A DNA stretch of 64,000 nucleotides from a virus: positions 34,046-98,045 of IMG/VR virus record IMGVR_UViG_3300046463_000247; one strand, given 5' to 3'. A model generated the notes under the pieces. That model was given only the letters and a program-made list of their open reading frames with translations. It was not told the DNA's origin and searched no databases. Positions 28,153-37,661 of the stretch are shown piece by piece (within the stretch, counting starts at the first letter, position 1; every line of letters begins with the position of its first letter). A program made the position numbers and the translations under genes.

Positions 28153-30540
28153 TCAGACTTTCAGTTTCAGTTCCGCCATGTTTTTGCCCGCCTTCCCATC
28201 GGCAGTGAATTTAAGCTGCGGGTGCCAATTCACGGTTTCGAACGGAAGATTTTCCATCAGTTCGATCTCGCGCTTCGCGTAGAACTCCCAGTTGTCCTCG
28301 GGGATGTACGTGTACTTCGCGTCGTGCACCGCGCCGAATGCCGGGCAGGTCTTGGTCCAGCCGTTCTTGTGCGCGAGCGCGAACGTCCACAGCATCATGT
28401 CGGACAGCGTGGACTGGATCGGCGAGTTGATCGCCTGGCGTTCGGCCCCGCTGCGTACCATCCGGTTCGGCGAGTTGATCAGCGGCAGGTGGCGGATACG
28501 GCCCAGCGGCGAGCGCACCATGCCGGTCTTGCTGGCCTCACGCTTGTAGTTGCGGTGGTACACCGGCAGCATCTGGTACGTGTTGAAGAACTGGTTACGG
28601 AAGTCTTCCGCCTCTTCCATCTTCAGCGACACGCCATAGTTGGTCTCCGCGTACGCATGGAAGCCCTGCGCCGACATCCCGTAGATCAGACCGAAGTTGC
28701 CTGCCTTGCCAAGCTGGCGGGTTGCCTCGTACAGCGCCACCTCGTCGGGGTCGTCGCTGTTCTTCATCGCCATCATCCGCTCGTACGTGTAGCCCGCGAA
28801 GTTGCCGGACGTGATCGCGTGCAGGTCCTTGCCGTTGCGGTACGCGTCGATCATCGTGGGCTCGTCGGCCACACAGGCGATCACCTTCAGTTCGCCCTGC
28901 GAGTAGTCGTTCTCCAGGATCAGGTAGCCCTCGGGCGCGATGAAGCACTTGCGCAGCTTCTTCGCCCATTTGGTGTGCTTCGGGATCGTCTGGAAGGCGG
29001 GGTCCTTGCACGAGAGCCGCCCGGTCACGGTGCCGCCCTCGCCCTCGTCGCGGTTGCCCGCGAAGAAGTAATAGCTGGGGTGAAAGCGCCCGTCGCTGCG
29101 TATGTGCTTCTGGAACCCGTGCACGTAGGTCGAGAGGGTCTTGGCCGCGCTCGAATAGTCCGACAGCAGCGCAATGAACGGCGCGGCGCGCTCGTCCTTC
29201 TTGAACATCATCAGGTGCTCTTCTGCCGTCGAAGGCTTGCCGCTTTTCTCGGTCATCATCTTCGGCTTCAGATTCAGACCTTGGGGCGTGAACATGAAGT
29301 CGTTCAGCAGCGATGCCTTCGTGATGTTCAGCCCACCAGGCTTCGAATCGTCCCAGTGCTTCGCGACGAGGTGCCCGCCCAGGTGGCGCTTCGCCTCGAC
29401 AGTCAGCTTCGCCATTTCGGTCACGAGGTCCGCTTCCAGTTCCTTGTACGCGTCCATGTCCACCAGCACGCCACCCTGCTCGATGGCCTCGAACGAACGC
29501 GCGGCTGGGTGCAGGATGTTGACGTAGAAGCGGGTCAGCGCCTCGTCTTTCAGCAGTTCCTCCTTCATCACCTTGCGCACGCGCAGCCCCGCGTCGGTGT
29601 CGCCCCCGGCGTAGCCCAGCAGCCGGTCGTCAGGTGGTAGCTTGTCCATGCGCGACTTGTCCACGATCCGGTCGAACTCGTCGGAGTAGCCCCCCATCGT
29701 CGTGTAAATCTTCGCGTGGATGTCGAGCCCGTTGGAGCGGTTTTCGTCCAGCAGCGAGCCTACCAGTGTCGAGTCGAAGCGGAAGTTGCCGCAGTGCAGC
29801 CCACCCCACACCGCGAGCCAGTGCAGGTCGAACTTCAGGTTCGCACCGCCCATGCTGATCTTCGGGCTGTTCAGCAGTTCGCCCATCATCACGGCGTTGT
29901 CGAAGTTGCTGAACCACGCGATGCACTCGTCACGCGACTTGAAGTGGATCAGGTCGGAGCGGCCCACCTCGCACGAGAACTGGATCGTGACGATGTACGC
30001 GCCGGGGTGGCCGGGCTCCACTTCACCGGGCTTGGCATACGGATCGAGCCCGACCGTCTCCAGGTCGAGCACGCATTCGACGGGTCTGCCGGTCTCCGCA
30101 TACAGCGCGTCGATGCGCGTCAGCATGTCGTGGAAGTCGGTGACCCACCGGTAGTCGCCGGTCGCGGGCTCGTAGCGGCCTGTCTTCAGCACCCGCACCA
30201 CGCTCGATGTGTCGCACAGCACGTCGATGAACTTCGCGTAGTCGATCTCGCCGATGCCGGACGAGTAGGTGAACATCAGCGGCGCGGCGATGCCTTGGAA
30301 CTGGTGCACGCGGGAGCGCTGCGAGGTCAGCGAGCGGTTCTTTGGCAGCAGGCCCGAGCGTTGGAACAGGTCGAGCGTCTTGGTGCCCATGCACAGGATG
30401 GCGCGGGTCCCCTCGTACGCTGGCAGGCGGCTTACGTCGCTGTCCAGCAGCACGGGGAGATCGGAGTGGTGCCGGAGCACCGGGGACAGGTGCGATATGG
30501 TCTGGTGGTTGACCGTATCGCCCCAGAGTACGAGAGACAT
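28153..30540 (-). CDS. DNA polymerase family A with 3'-5' exonuclease and a degenerate N-terminal UDG-like region
   Basis: Exo I LDLET; TVTGRLS; motif A DYSQGELK; motif B RQLGKAGNFGLIYG; motif C VHD. Confidence 0.93.
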   Translation of the reverse strand: MSLVLWGDTVNHQTISHLSPVLRHHSDLPVLLDSDVSRLPAYEGTRAILCMGTKTLDLFQRSGLLPKNRSLTSQRSRVHQFQGIAAPLMFTYSSGIGEIDYAKFIDVLCDTSSVVRVLKTGRYEPATGDYRWVTDFHDMLTRIDALYAETGRPVECVLDLETVGLDPYAKPGEVEPGHPGAYIVTIQFSCEVGRSDLIHFKSRDECIAWFSNFDNAVMMGELLNSPKISMGGANLKFDLHWLAVWGGLHCGNFRFDSTLVGSLLDENRSNGLDIHAKIYTTMGGYSDEFDRIVDKSRMDKLPPDDRLLGYAGGDTDAGLRVRKVMKEELLKDEALTRFYVNILHPAARSFEAIEQGGVLVDMDAYKELEADLVTEMAKLTVEAKRHLGGHLVAKHWDDSKPGGLNITKASLLNDFMFTPQGLNLKPKMMTEKSGKPSTAEEHLMMFKKDERAAPFIALLSDYSSAAKTLSTYVHGFQKHIRSDGRFHPSYYFFAGNRDEGEGGTVTGRLSCKDPAFQTIPKHTKWAKKLRKCFIAPEGYLILENDYSQGELKVIACVADEPTMIDAYRNGKDLHAITSGNFAGYTYERMMAMKNSDDPDEVALYEATRQLGKAGNFGLIYGMSAQGFHAYAETNYGVSLKMEEAEDFRNQFFNTYQMLPVYHRNYKREASKTGMVRSPLGRIRHLPLINSPNRMVRSGAERQAINSPIQSTLSDMMLWTFALAHKNGWTKTCPAFGAVHDAKYTYIPEDNWEFYAKREIELMENLPFETVNWHPQLKFTADGKAGKNMAELKLKV

Positions 30541-30935
30541 TACTTACGTTTCCAGTCGTCGCTTGTGTATTCGTAGGAGCAGACAATGCCCTTGTCGAGT
30601 GCCGCGAGGGTCTTGTCCGCATCACCCCGTGCAACGAATTCCAGTGTCGAGAGCGACAGGCCACACAGGTTTCCGTTGAGGACGTGGCAGGTCAGGGCCT
30701 TGCCCAGGTTCTCGGAGACGAAGTATAGCCACAAATCTTTCCGCACTTTCATGAAAGCGGACGATTTTTCCTTGGATACCTGGTCAGTGATCAGGGACAC
30801 GTCCACCGGGAAGCGGAACGGGCCGATTTCCAGCACGCGGGACTTCAGACCGCGCCAGCTATTGTTGCCCTGGTGATCGAGCGGGATTTCGGCAGCGTCA
30901 ACGATGGTCAGCAGGGATAGAACTTCGATGCTCAC
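30540..30935 (-). CDS. Hypothetical protein
   Basis: Coupled ORF upstream of pol. Confidence 0.55.
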   Translation of the reverse strand: MSIEVLSLLTIVDAAEIPLDHQGNNSWRGLKSRVLEIGPFRFPVDVSLITDQVSKEKSSAFMKVRKDLWLYFVSENLGKALTCHVLNGNLCGLSLSTLEFVARGDADKTLAALDKGIVCSYEYTSDDWKRK

Positions 30936-31192
30936 AGGGCCTCCAGCGACACAATGGTTTCGATCACTTCGACGGTGAATTCCCCCATCGACACACCCTG
31001 CCAGTACAGCCCAAGCCGGAACCACCGGTCGTCGGACGCCTCCAGCACCACCGCCTGCGCGTCCACCGGGTCGATGCCCGGCACCGGGCTCGCGATAGGC
31101 AGGCTCTGGCCGACCGGCGTCGCGCGCAGATTCGCCAGCAGCTTCTCAGCGTCCGGCGAAGTCGTTTTCATTTCGGTTACTTCGCGGCTCAT
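30932..31192 (-). CDS. Hypothetical protein
   Basis: Overlapping start/stop coupling with both neighbours. Confidence 0.55.
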   Translation of the reverse strand: MSREVTEMKTTSPDAEKLLANLRATPVGQSLPIASPVPGIDPVDAQAVVLEASDDRWFRLGLYWQGVSMGEFTVEVIETIVSLEAL

Positions 31193-32136
31193 TCGGTCAC
31201 CCCGATCTGTTTTACGTTCTTGATCTGTTCATCGAAGTCCACGCCCAGGCCCATCAGGAACGCGCCAATCACGCGGCCCACCGGCACGCCGTTGGTCTGG
31301 AAGTGGATTGAGTAGTGGCCCTGCGTGCTCGGGTTCATGCTCGCGGCCTTCAGCGCGTTGCGAATCTCGGCGTTGAACGGACCCTCGGCGCGGATGCTGA
31401 CGCTGGCCCCGTCTGCAATTGATTGCACGCGAGCGGCGAGCTTGACCCGCTCCGACAGCGCAATGCACAGGTACACGCTGTGCGCGTCGGTGCCCTTCAC
31501 CTTCTGGCCGATCTGCGTGGCGTCCTTCAGCGCAACCACCCCTGCGGGCATCACCGGAGCCTTCGGCTTGACACTGGGGTCCACCTTGAACGGCATCGCC
31601 TCGGCGTGCAGGTCAGCCGCCTGTTCAGCCGGGGGCACCTTCTTCGTCGGCTTCGGGGTCACCATGTTGCCGGACAGCGAGCCGGGGAAGTCCCCGCCAC
31701 TGGTGAACTGCACCTTCTTCGTCGGCTTGATCTTCTCGGCCTCGGCGAAAAACTGCTCTGCCGGGCTCGGGATTACCGTCTTGATCGCCTCCATCGCGTT
31801 CTCCGCGACGCTGCCGCCGTTCGCATCGAGAAAGCCCCACGCGTCCGCCAGCACCTGCTCGACCAGCGTCTTGCATGAGGCTTTCACCCCTGCGTCGGCG
31901 GTGCCCTTGATCAGCGAGACCGTCGAGGCGGGTAGCGTCACGCCGTACGTGAAGGGCATCCCGTTCTTCGCGGTGCCGCTCACGCCGATATTGAAAAACG
32001 CCTGGTTCACTTCGATGTGCTGGCTATTGGCCTCCAGCGCGTGAAACTCTACCAGCAGGTCCGGGTAGACCTTACCGAGAAACGACCCGTCACCGGGGGC
32101 CGATTTGGGCTGATTTATTTTGAGGTTTAGTGCCAC
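31189..32136 (-). CDS. Hypothetical protein (315 aa)
   Basis: First gene after the promoter at 32170-32197; phage-like codon usage. Confidence 0.65.
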   Translation of the reverse strand: MALNLKINQPKSAPGDGSFLGKVYPDLLVEFHALEANSQHIEVNQAFFNIGVSGTAKNGMPFTYGVTLPASTVSLIKGTADAGVKASCKTLVEQVLADAWGFLDANGGSVAENAMEAIKTVIPSPAEQFFAEAEKIKPTKKVQFTSGGDFPGSLSGNMVTPKPTKKVPPAEQAADLHAEAMPFKVDPSVKPKAPVMPAGVVALKDATQIGQKVKGTDAHSVYLCIALSERVKLAARVQSIADGASVSIRAEGPFNAEIRNALKAASMNPSTQGHYSIHFQTNGVPVGRVIGAFLMGLGVDFDEQIKNVKQIGVTE

Positions 32137-32193
32137 AGTGTCACTCCAAGACCTGTTTGACCTGACTGCATTCTAACACAATCAGCCGGATAG

Positions 32194-32982
32194 TCAAACA
32201 GTATCGTTGCGCATCGCGCGCTTGACCCAGATGTTCTTGCGGGATTGCATCGGGCGGATCGACGGCAGCTTGCGCGGGCCGCTGGCTTTCTTCTCCCGCG
32301 TGCCGACGCCCATCGAGCCCCAGCCGTCACCGTAGATCGGGTCGGCCTTGCCACCGCCGCCGTTACTGCTGACGCGCCCGGTCGTCGGGGCGTGGCTGTC
32401 GAAGTTATCGAAGGGGGCGCTACCGAACAGGTCGCTGCCATACAGGTTCGACGGCGACCACTTGCCGGTCGAATACGTGCGGCTCTTCGACCCGGCCACC
32501 GGCTTGACCCCGTAGTGCTTCTCCAGGAACTTGATCTGCGACTCCGACTCGACCGCCTTCTGGCAGTAGTGCTTGCGCACGTAGGTGATCGCATCGGTCT
32601 CGCCGGTCATGAAGGCGACCAGTGCGGCGAAGAACGTGCCCGTGCGGCCATGTCCGCCGATGCACCCGGCGTGGACCTTCTTGCCCGCCTTGATCTGCGC
32701 TGCCGTCCACTCGACCAGGTTGCGGAACTCCACCGCGTCCATCGGCGCGTGCATGTCGGTCACCGGGAAGTACACCTCGACCGGCCCCTTGTCCGCATGC
32801 CACGGCCAGCTTGCCGCCGTCAGCTTCATCCCGTGATCGAATCCGATGTACACGTCCGCATCGAAGACGGCAGGGCTCAGGCACGAGCCGCCATACACTT
32901 CCCAGTCGCCGACTTTCAGCGCCGGGTGATCGTGGTAGCACATCTTGTAGCCACCGTTGCTCTTGCCGTTCTTTGCTTTCAT
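32194..32982 (-). CDS. CX5R (PTP/dual-specificity) phosphatase 2
   Basis: VTDMHAP acid loop; VHAGCIGGHGRTG P-loop; AVE..SQ motif. Confidence 0.85.
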   Translation of the reverse strand: MKAKNGKSNGGYKMCYHDHPALKVGDWEVYGGSCLSPAVFDADVYIGFDHGMKLTAASWPWHADKGPVEVYFPVTDMHAPMDAVEFRNLVEWTAAQIKAGKKVHAGCIGGHGRTGTFFAALVAFMTGETDAITYVRKHYCQKAVESESQIKFLEKHYGVKPVAGSKSRTYSTGKWSPSNLYGSDLFGSAPFDNFDSHAPTTGRVSSNGGGGKADPIYGDGWGSMGVGTREKKASGPRKLPSIRPMQSRKNIWVKRAMRNDTV

Positions 32983-33011
32983 GCAATCGACTCCTTCGAT
33001 TGTTGCTGGTT

Positions 33012-34064
33012 TCAGGCCGTAGCCTTGGATTTGGTTTTGCCGCGTTCGAGGATCGCGACGGACTGCCCGGGGAACACCTGCCACTCACCCAGCACCTTCG
33101 TGAAGCCCGGGGGCAAGGTGACCTGCTTGCCCGGCTCGCCGTACTTCTCGGCCTGCATCTGCTTCTCGTGCGGGTACTTCTTCAGCGCGCCCAGCGCTTC
33201 GACCTTGTACCAGTCGCAGTACTGGCCGAATTCGTCAGGCCACTCGGTGCGTGCGGCCATCGCAAGCGCGTACAGGTCGGAGAACTTCTTCGCGAAACTG
33301 TGCGACTCGTACATGTCGATCAGCAGTTCGACGCACTGGCCGCTGCGCTGCACGTCGAGAATCTTGTAGATCAGTGCCGAGTAGTCGTCGTACAGCATGC
33401 CCTTGTTGAACATTGGGCCGTTATTGTGCGCGAGCGTCCACGCGGTGTCGATCATCACCTCCAGGCTCGTCTCGCCGTTCACGAAGCGCGAGAGCGTCTG
33501 TGCGATGTTGCCCCACGGCTTGCCGCCGTAGCCACCCGAGAAGTTGCCCTCGTTGAACAGGAACGTCAGCCCCTCGCAGTACGGGCCAAGCTGCATTTCG
33601 GGCGGGTTGTCGAGTAGCGCTTCCACCGCAGTGTGCGATCCGCCGCCCTTGATCAGCTTGTTAAACGCGTAGAAGGCGCTGCCGTACTTCTCTTTCGCCA
33701 GCTTCGGCGTGGCTTCGTCCTTCACGTGGCGCGACTCGCGGGTCGTGATCAGCAGCATGTAGTGGAACAGCCGCAGCCCCTGCGACGCGAGGGCCGAGGT
33801 GTAGGCTTCCATGACCTTGCGCGCCAGCGGCGTGAGGAACTGGTGTCGGGTGAAACGCTTCTGGACGACTGCCGCCAGGTGATTCAGCGCGTAGAAGCGC
33901 AGCGCGTCGGTGTCCGGCTCGGCGAGGCCACCGGGACCTCCGTTCTCCTTGTACGTTTTGCAATTGATTGCAACGCGGGAGACGAGGTAATGGCCGACGC
34001 CTTGCGGGTGCATCTGGGGAGCGCTGAGGTAGTACGCGAGGGTATTCTTGTCTTCGAATCGCAT
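33012..34064 (-). CDS. Conserved-looking hypothetical protein (350 aa) in the dikinase/phosphatase module
   Basis: Motifs TRESRH, GGYGGKPWGNIA, HNNGPMFNKG; has its own promoter and hairpin SD. Confidence 0.7.
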   Translation of the reverse strand: MRFEDKNTLAYYLSAPQMHPQGVGHYLVSRVAINCKTYKENGGPGGLAEPDTDALRFYALNHLAAVVQKRFTRHQFLTPLARKVMEAYTSALASQGLRLFHYMLLITTRESRHVKDEATPKLAKEKYGSAFYAFNKLIKGGGSHTAVEALLDNPPEMQLGPYCEGLTFLFNEGNFSGGYGGKPWGNIAQTLSRFVNGETSLEVMIDTAWTLAHNNGPMFNKGMLYDDYSALIYKILDVQRSGQCVELLIDMYESHSFAKKFSDLYALAMAARTEWPDEFGQYCDWYKVEALGALKKYPHEKQMQAEKYGEPGKQVTLPPGFTKVLGEWQVFPGQSVAILERGKTKSKATA

Positions 34065-34097
34065 GGCGGCTTCACTCCTTGAATGCCGATCTGATAC

Positions 34098-34589
34098 TTA
34101 GGATTCTACCACAAACGACCCGTTTGTCAAACATGTGCGAAATTGAAACAGCGCCTTGATCCGGGCTTTCCGCAGCATTTTCTTCACTTCAGCCGGGATC
34201 GGGTAATCCAGCACGAACTGGTACTGGTCATCCGTCTCGACCGCGTGCGGGTAGTAATGCTCGCGCACGTACTCGACCGGCATCTTCACGCCAAAAGCCT
34301 TCGCCAGGATCGACAGGAACAGCCCTGTGCGGCCCCGTCCCGCGTAGCAGCCCACATACACCTGCTGCCCGGCGAGGACCGCTGCGACCGCCTGCGTCAG
34401 CCCGGCATCGAGCAGGTCTTTCGACGGGACACTGAAGTCCTGCGTCGGAATGTCAATGTCGGCCTTTGCGCCGATTTCCTTCGCCATCTTGACGCCGACC
34501 ATGTTCGCCGGACGCGCCAGATACGGACCGCCTGCGACCGTGAAGTGCTTCAGACCCATGAGTACCGGGAGATTGAGGGTTCCGTTCAT
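34098..34589 (-). CDS. CX5R (PTP/dual-specificity) phosphatase 1
   Basis: IPTQDFSVP acid loop; VYVGCYAGRGRTG P-loop; AVET..Q motif. Confidence 0.85.
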   Translation of the reverse strand: MNGTLNLPVLMGLKHFTVAGGPYLARPANMVGVKMAKEIGAKADIDIPTQDFSVPSKDLLDAGLTQAVAAVLAGQQVYVGCYAGRGRTGLFLSILAKAFGVKMPVEYVREHYYPHAVETDDQYQFVLDYPIPAEVKKMLRKARIKALFQFRTCLTNGSFVVES

Positions 34590-34920
34590 GCTTGTGCAAC
34601 TCCTTTGCGTGTGGCCCGTAGACCGTTTTGATTTGACCAACATAGCCGCAGTGCTTGCAGCCTTCTCCTTCACAGTGCTCGCATTCGTCCCACGCGGTGA
34701 GACTGGTGCGGGCGCTCAACTGGCGTTCCGGGGGCGCGACGTGGGTCATGCTGTGCACCCGCGCGCCGTCCACTTCGAACAGCCAGTTATTGAACCTGCG
34801 GTTGCCGCGTTCGTGCGTGATCAGCGCGGCGCACCGGACCATCTGCTGCAATGCTTCGGGGGTGATACTCTCGGCAGCGCAGACACGCGCCACCTGGTCA
34901 GATTGTTCTAATGCGGACAT
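34453..34920 (-). CDS. Hypothetical protein with a DnaJ-type Zn finger
   Basis: CEHCEGEGCKHCG motif; the 3' end overlaps phosphatase 1. Confidence 0.55.
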   Translation of the reverse strand: MSALEQSDQVARVCAAESITPEALQQMVRCAALITHERGNRRFNNWLFEVDGARVHSMTHVAPPERQLSARTSLTAWDECEHCEGEGCKHCGYVGQIKTVYGPHAKELHKHERNPQSPGTHGSEALHGRRRSVSGASGEHGRRQDGEGNRRKGRH

Positions 34921-35155
34921 GGGTCGGGGCCTCGAAAGCCAGTCGGGGGCGCTGGCTCGCGTCGTGATGCCGAAGCCCGTAACTGACGAATGTTTCATCC
35001 ATGAGTTCGACCCGCGCCTGATCCGTGACCTCGTACGTGCGACCGTTGAATTCGACCGTCACCGAGTTGCCCCGCTGCACGGCCACCACGTTCAGCACGC
35101 CGTTCGTGCCCACCTGAATCTTCGTGCCGCGCGAAACGCCAATACTAAGTGCCAT
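34898..35155 (-). CDS. CsrA/RsmA-like small beta protein (apparent tandem duplication)
   Basis: By eye: N-half MALSIGVSRGTKIQVG..VLNVVAV.RGNSV resembles CsrA beta1-4, and C-terminal RLAFEAPTHVRIR resembles CsrA RIGVNAPKEVSVHR. Confidence 0.55.
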   Translation of the reverse strand: MALSIGVSRGTKIQVGTNGVLNVVAVQRGNSVTVEFNGRTYEVTDQARVELMDETFVSYGLRHHDASQRPRLAFEAPTHVRIRTI

Positions 35156-35579
35156 CGGGTTGCTCCATCAGGTCAGTACATTCATCTGTCAGTGCCCAGA
35201 CACTGCCACCGGGCAGGTTCTTGCGGGCGTGTACCCGGTACACCAGTTTCATGCCCATGAGTACGGTCAGGCAGGTCGATGCCTCGCTTACAGTGAAGCG
35301 CTCGCCTCTGGCTTGCAGCCGGGCGGCAACTTCCCCCGAGTTTGGCTCGTCCAGTTCGGCGAGCATTGCCAGCGTCTTGTACAGGCGGGAGCCGACCTTG
35401 GGGAGCCGTACCCGCGCCTTGTCCGACACTTTCTCGGGGATCACTATCTCCTGCAAGGTGGTTTCCATGACCTTGTTCAGTCCGCACAGACAGTGGAGTA
35501 CGAGGTCAGGACCATCCCATCGCTGGAAAGCCCCGCCAGAGCCGCACTTCGGACACTTCAATCGAGTCATATTCGCCAC
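35145..35579 (-). CDS. Zn-ribbon plus winged-helix putative transcription regulator
   Basis: CPKC...CLCG ribbon; SGEVAARL...TVSEASTCL..L..MKLV.R...GGSVWALT winged-HTH pattern. Confidence 0.6.
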   Translation of the reverse strand: MANMTRLKCPKCGSGGAFQRWDGPDLVLHCLCGLNKVMETTLQEIVIPEKVSDKARVRLPKVGSRLYKTLAMLAELDEPNSGEVAARLQARGERFTVSEASTCLTVLMGMKLVYRVHARKNLPGGSVWALTDECTDLMEQPDGT

Positions 35580-35614
35580 TACTTGCTGAAAGTGGCGGCG
35601 AATATAGCCGTAAA

Positions 35615-37570
35615 TCAGTCGTGGAGCAACTTCGAAACGACAACACTTTCACTCAGAAACGACAGCCCGTTAGGATTGAGCGTGCCGGGCGCGGCCATCA
35701 GGGACAGTCCGTCCTCTTTCTTCTTCCAGGCCATCACCTTCTGCACTGCCGCGCTGTCCTCGCCGGACCACATCAGCACGTTCGACGCGAGCACCAGTTG
35801 CTCCAAGGTCTCGGCCACGCTCAGGCGCGGCAGCTTGGTCTGGCACGTGGTGATGATGCACACGCGGTCCGGGTTCAGCGACACCGACTCCAGCAGGTGT
35901 ACGAGGGCCTGTTCGCGATCCGTCTCGACCGGCGCACCGAACGGCTGAAGGAAAGCGGCCTCGGCCTCTTCGAGCTTCAGCGTCGTGTCGATGTACAGGC
36001 AGGCGGTGGCGTCGTACATGCCCTTCACGAGCTTCGCGAGGCGGTTCTGCGGCCACGTCAGCTTGTCGGCAAGGCGCAGATAGCCCACCGTACCCGAGCC
36101 CGTCTCGTGGCTGATCGGCACCGCGTTCAGCGACTCGAACATCAGGCGGCGGAACTCAGCCAGCGTCGCGTCCTGCGAGCCCGGCACGACCGGCACTTCG
36201 GTCTTCCACACGCGCCCCGTCGCGCCGTCGATGCTCACGCTGCTGCCCTCGGGGAACTGGTTGATCGACACCGACAGGCCCACCACACACGGCTTGTTCA
36301 TCGAACGCGCCACTACTGCGGCGTGCGAGGTCGAGCCGCCCGTCATGGTCAGAATCCCGCGTGCCGCGTTCATTCCGGCGATGTCATCCGGGGTCGTTTC
36401 GCTGGTTACCAGGATACACGGCTTTTTGCAATCAATTGCAGCCTGTGCCGACCGCACGACTACGCCGGTCACGATGCCCGAACACGCGGCGATGCCGGTA
36501 AAGTCCGGTTTCGTGGTGAAAGACGGGTCGATCACGTCGAGCTTAGCGCGGTCGTAGTCGCTGGCCTTCACGCGCTCGAACATCTGCGGCAGCGTCAGCA
36601 TTGCCTCCTTGTGCATGTCCAGCGCGATCTTCACCGCAGCCTTCGCGCTGCGCTTGGCGTTGCGGGTTTGCAGGATGTACAGCTTGCCGTCCTCGACCGT
36701 GAATTCCACGTCCTGCACGTCACCCTTCAGCGATTCCAGCCGCAGCACGGTCTCGATCAGTTCATCGTAGACCGGGTGATTCCAGTCCTTCATCGCGGCG
36801 AGCTTCAGCGGCGTCTTGATGCCTGCCACCACGTCCTCACCCTGCGCATTCGGCAGAAACTCGCCGGTCACGACGTTCTCGCCGGAATCAGGGTTGCGGG
36901 TGAACAGTACGCCGGTTGCCGACTGGTCGTTGAGGTTGCCGAACACCATCGCCTGGATCACCACGGCGGTGCCCCAGTCGTCGGGGATATTGTTCATCTT
37001 GCGGTAGAAAACCGCGCGTTCGTTGTTCCAGGAGTTGAACACCGCCTCAATCGCCTCGGCGATCTGCTGGTCGGTGTCGGGGAACGCGGTGCCGGTCATG
37101 TACGAGTAGATCGACCGGTATTCGTCCGGCGTCGTGCAGTCCTCGAACTCGTGGCGGTCGATGCCCTTGACCACGTTGCCGAACATTTCGATCAGGCGGC
37201 ATTCGCTGTCGGTCACGCAGTGTGCGCCGAGCTTGCTGATCCAGACGTTGCGCGTCGCGCCGTCGATGCCGACGTTCAGCACCGTGTCCATCATGCCGGG
37301 CATCGAGACGCGGGCACCGGAGCGCACCGACACGAGCGGCATGTGGCCCATGTACTGCTTGAAAAATGCGCGGATGTCCGGCAGCGCCTTCTGGATTGCG
37401 GCGCGCACGTACTCGGGGTTCTTCATGTATTCGACGCACACTGTCGTCGGGATGATCAGCGCGGGCGGGACAGTGATGCCGTTCTGCTGCATCCACCACA
37501 GGCCGAAGCCCTTGCCACCCAGGCGCTCGGCGTTGAATTCGCCCTTGGAATAAACGGAAAAGAGTTCCAT
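35615..37570 (-). CDS. Pyruvate phosphate dikinase-like protein lacking the PEP/pyruvate-binding TIM barrel
   Basis: LGGKG, VSVRSGARVSMPGMMDT, QAMVFGN, NAQGEDVVAG, LYILQTR and the phospho-His motif TSHAAVVAR; the last ~190 aa lack PPDK barrel motifs. Confidence 0.9.
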   Translation of the reverse strand: MELFSVYSKGEFNAERLGGKGFGLWWMQQNGITVPPALIIPTTVCVEYMKNPEYVRAAIQKALPDIRAFFKQYMGHMPLVSVRSGARVSMPGMMDTVLNVGIDGATRNVWISKLGAHCVTDSECRLIEMFGNVVKGIDRHEFEDCTTPDEYRSIYSYMTGTAFPDTDQQIAEAIEAVFNSWNNERAVFYRKMNNIPDDWGTAVVIQAMVFGNLNDQSATGVLFTRNPDSGENVVTGEFLPNAQGEDVVAGIKTPLKLAAMKDWNHPVYDELIETVLRLESLKGDVQDVEFTVEDGKLYILQTRNAKRSAKAAVKIALDMHKEAMLTLPQMFERVKASDYDRAKLDVIDPSFTTKPDFTGIAACSGIVTGVVVRSAQAAIDCKKPCILVTSETTPDDIAGMNAARGILTMTGGSTSHAAVVARSMNKPCVVGLSVSINQFPEGSSVSIDGATGRVWKTEVPVVPGSQDATLAEFRRLMFESLNAVPISHETGSGTVGYLRLADKLTWPQNRLAKLVKGMYDATACLYIDTTLKLEEAEAAFLQPFGAPVETDREQALVHLLESVSLNPDRVCIITTCQTKLPRLSVAETLEQLVLASNVLMWSGEDSAAVQKVMAWKKKEDGLSLMAAPGTLNPNGLSFLSESVVVSKLLHD

Positions 37571-37661
37571 CTGGCTATTCACTCCTTGAATTGGCCGTTG
37601 AGTCATCAGAATAACACACCGGCCCGGATTGTCAAACAGTATTTCAGGCCGGTGCCGGTCG

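Noticed and set aside
35615-37570. Calling the gene a canonical ppdK auxiliary metabolic gene
   Set aside because: The PEP/pyruvate-binding barrel motifs are absent, so the gene symbol was withheld.
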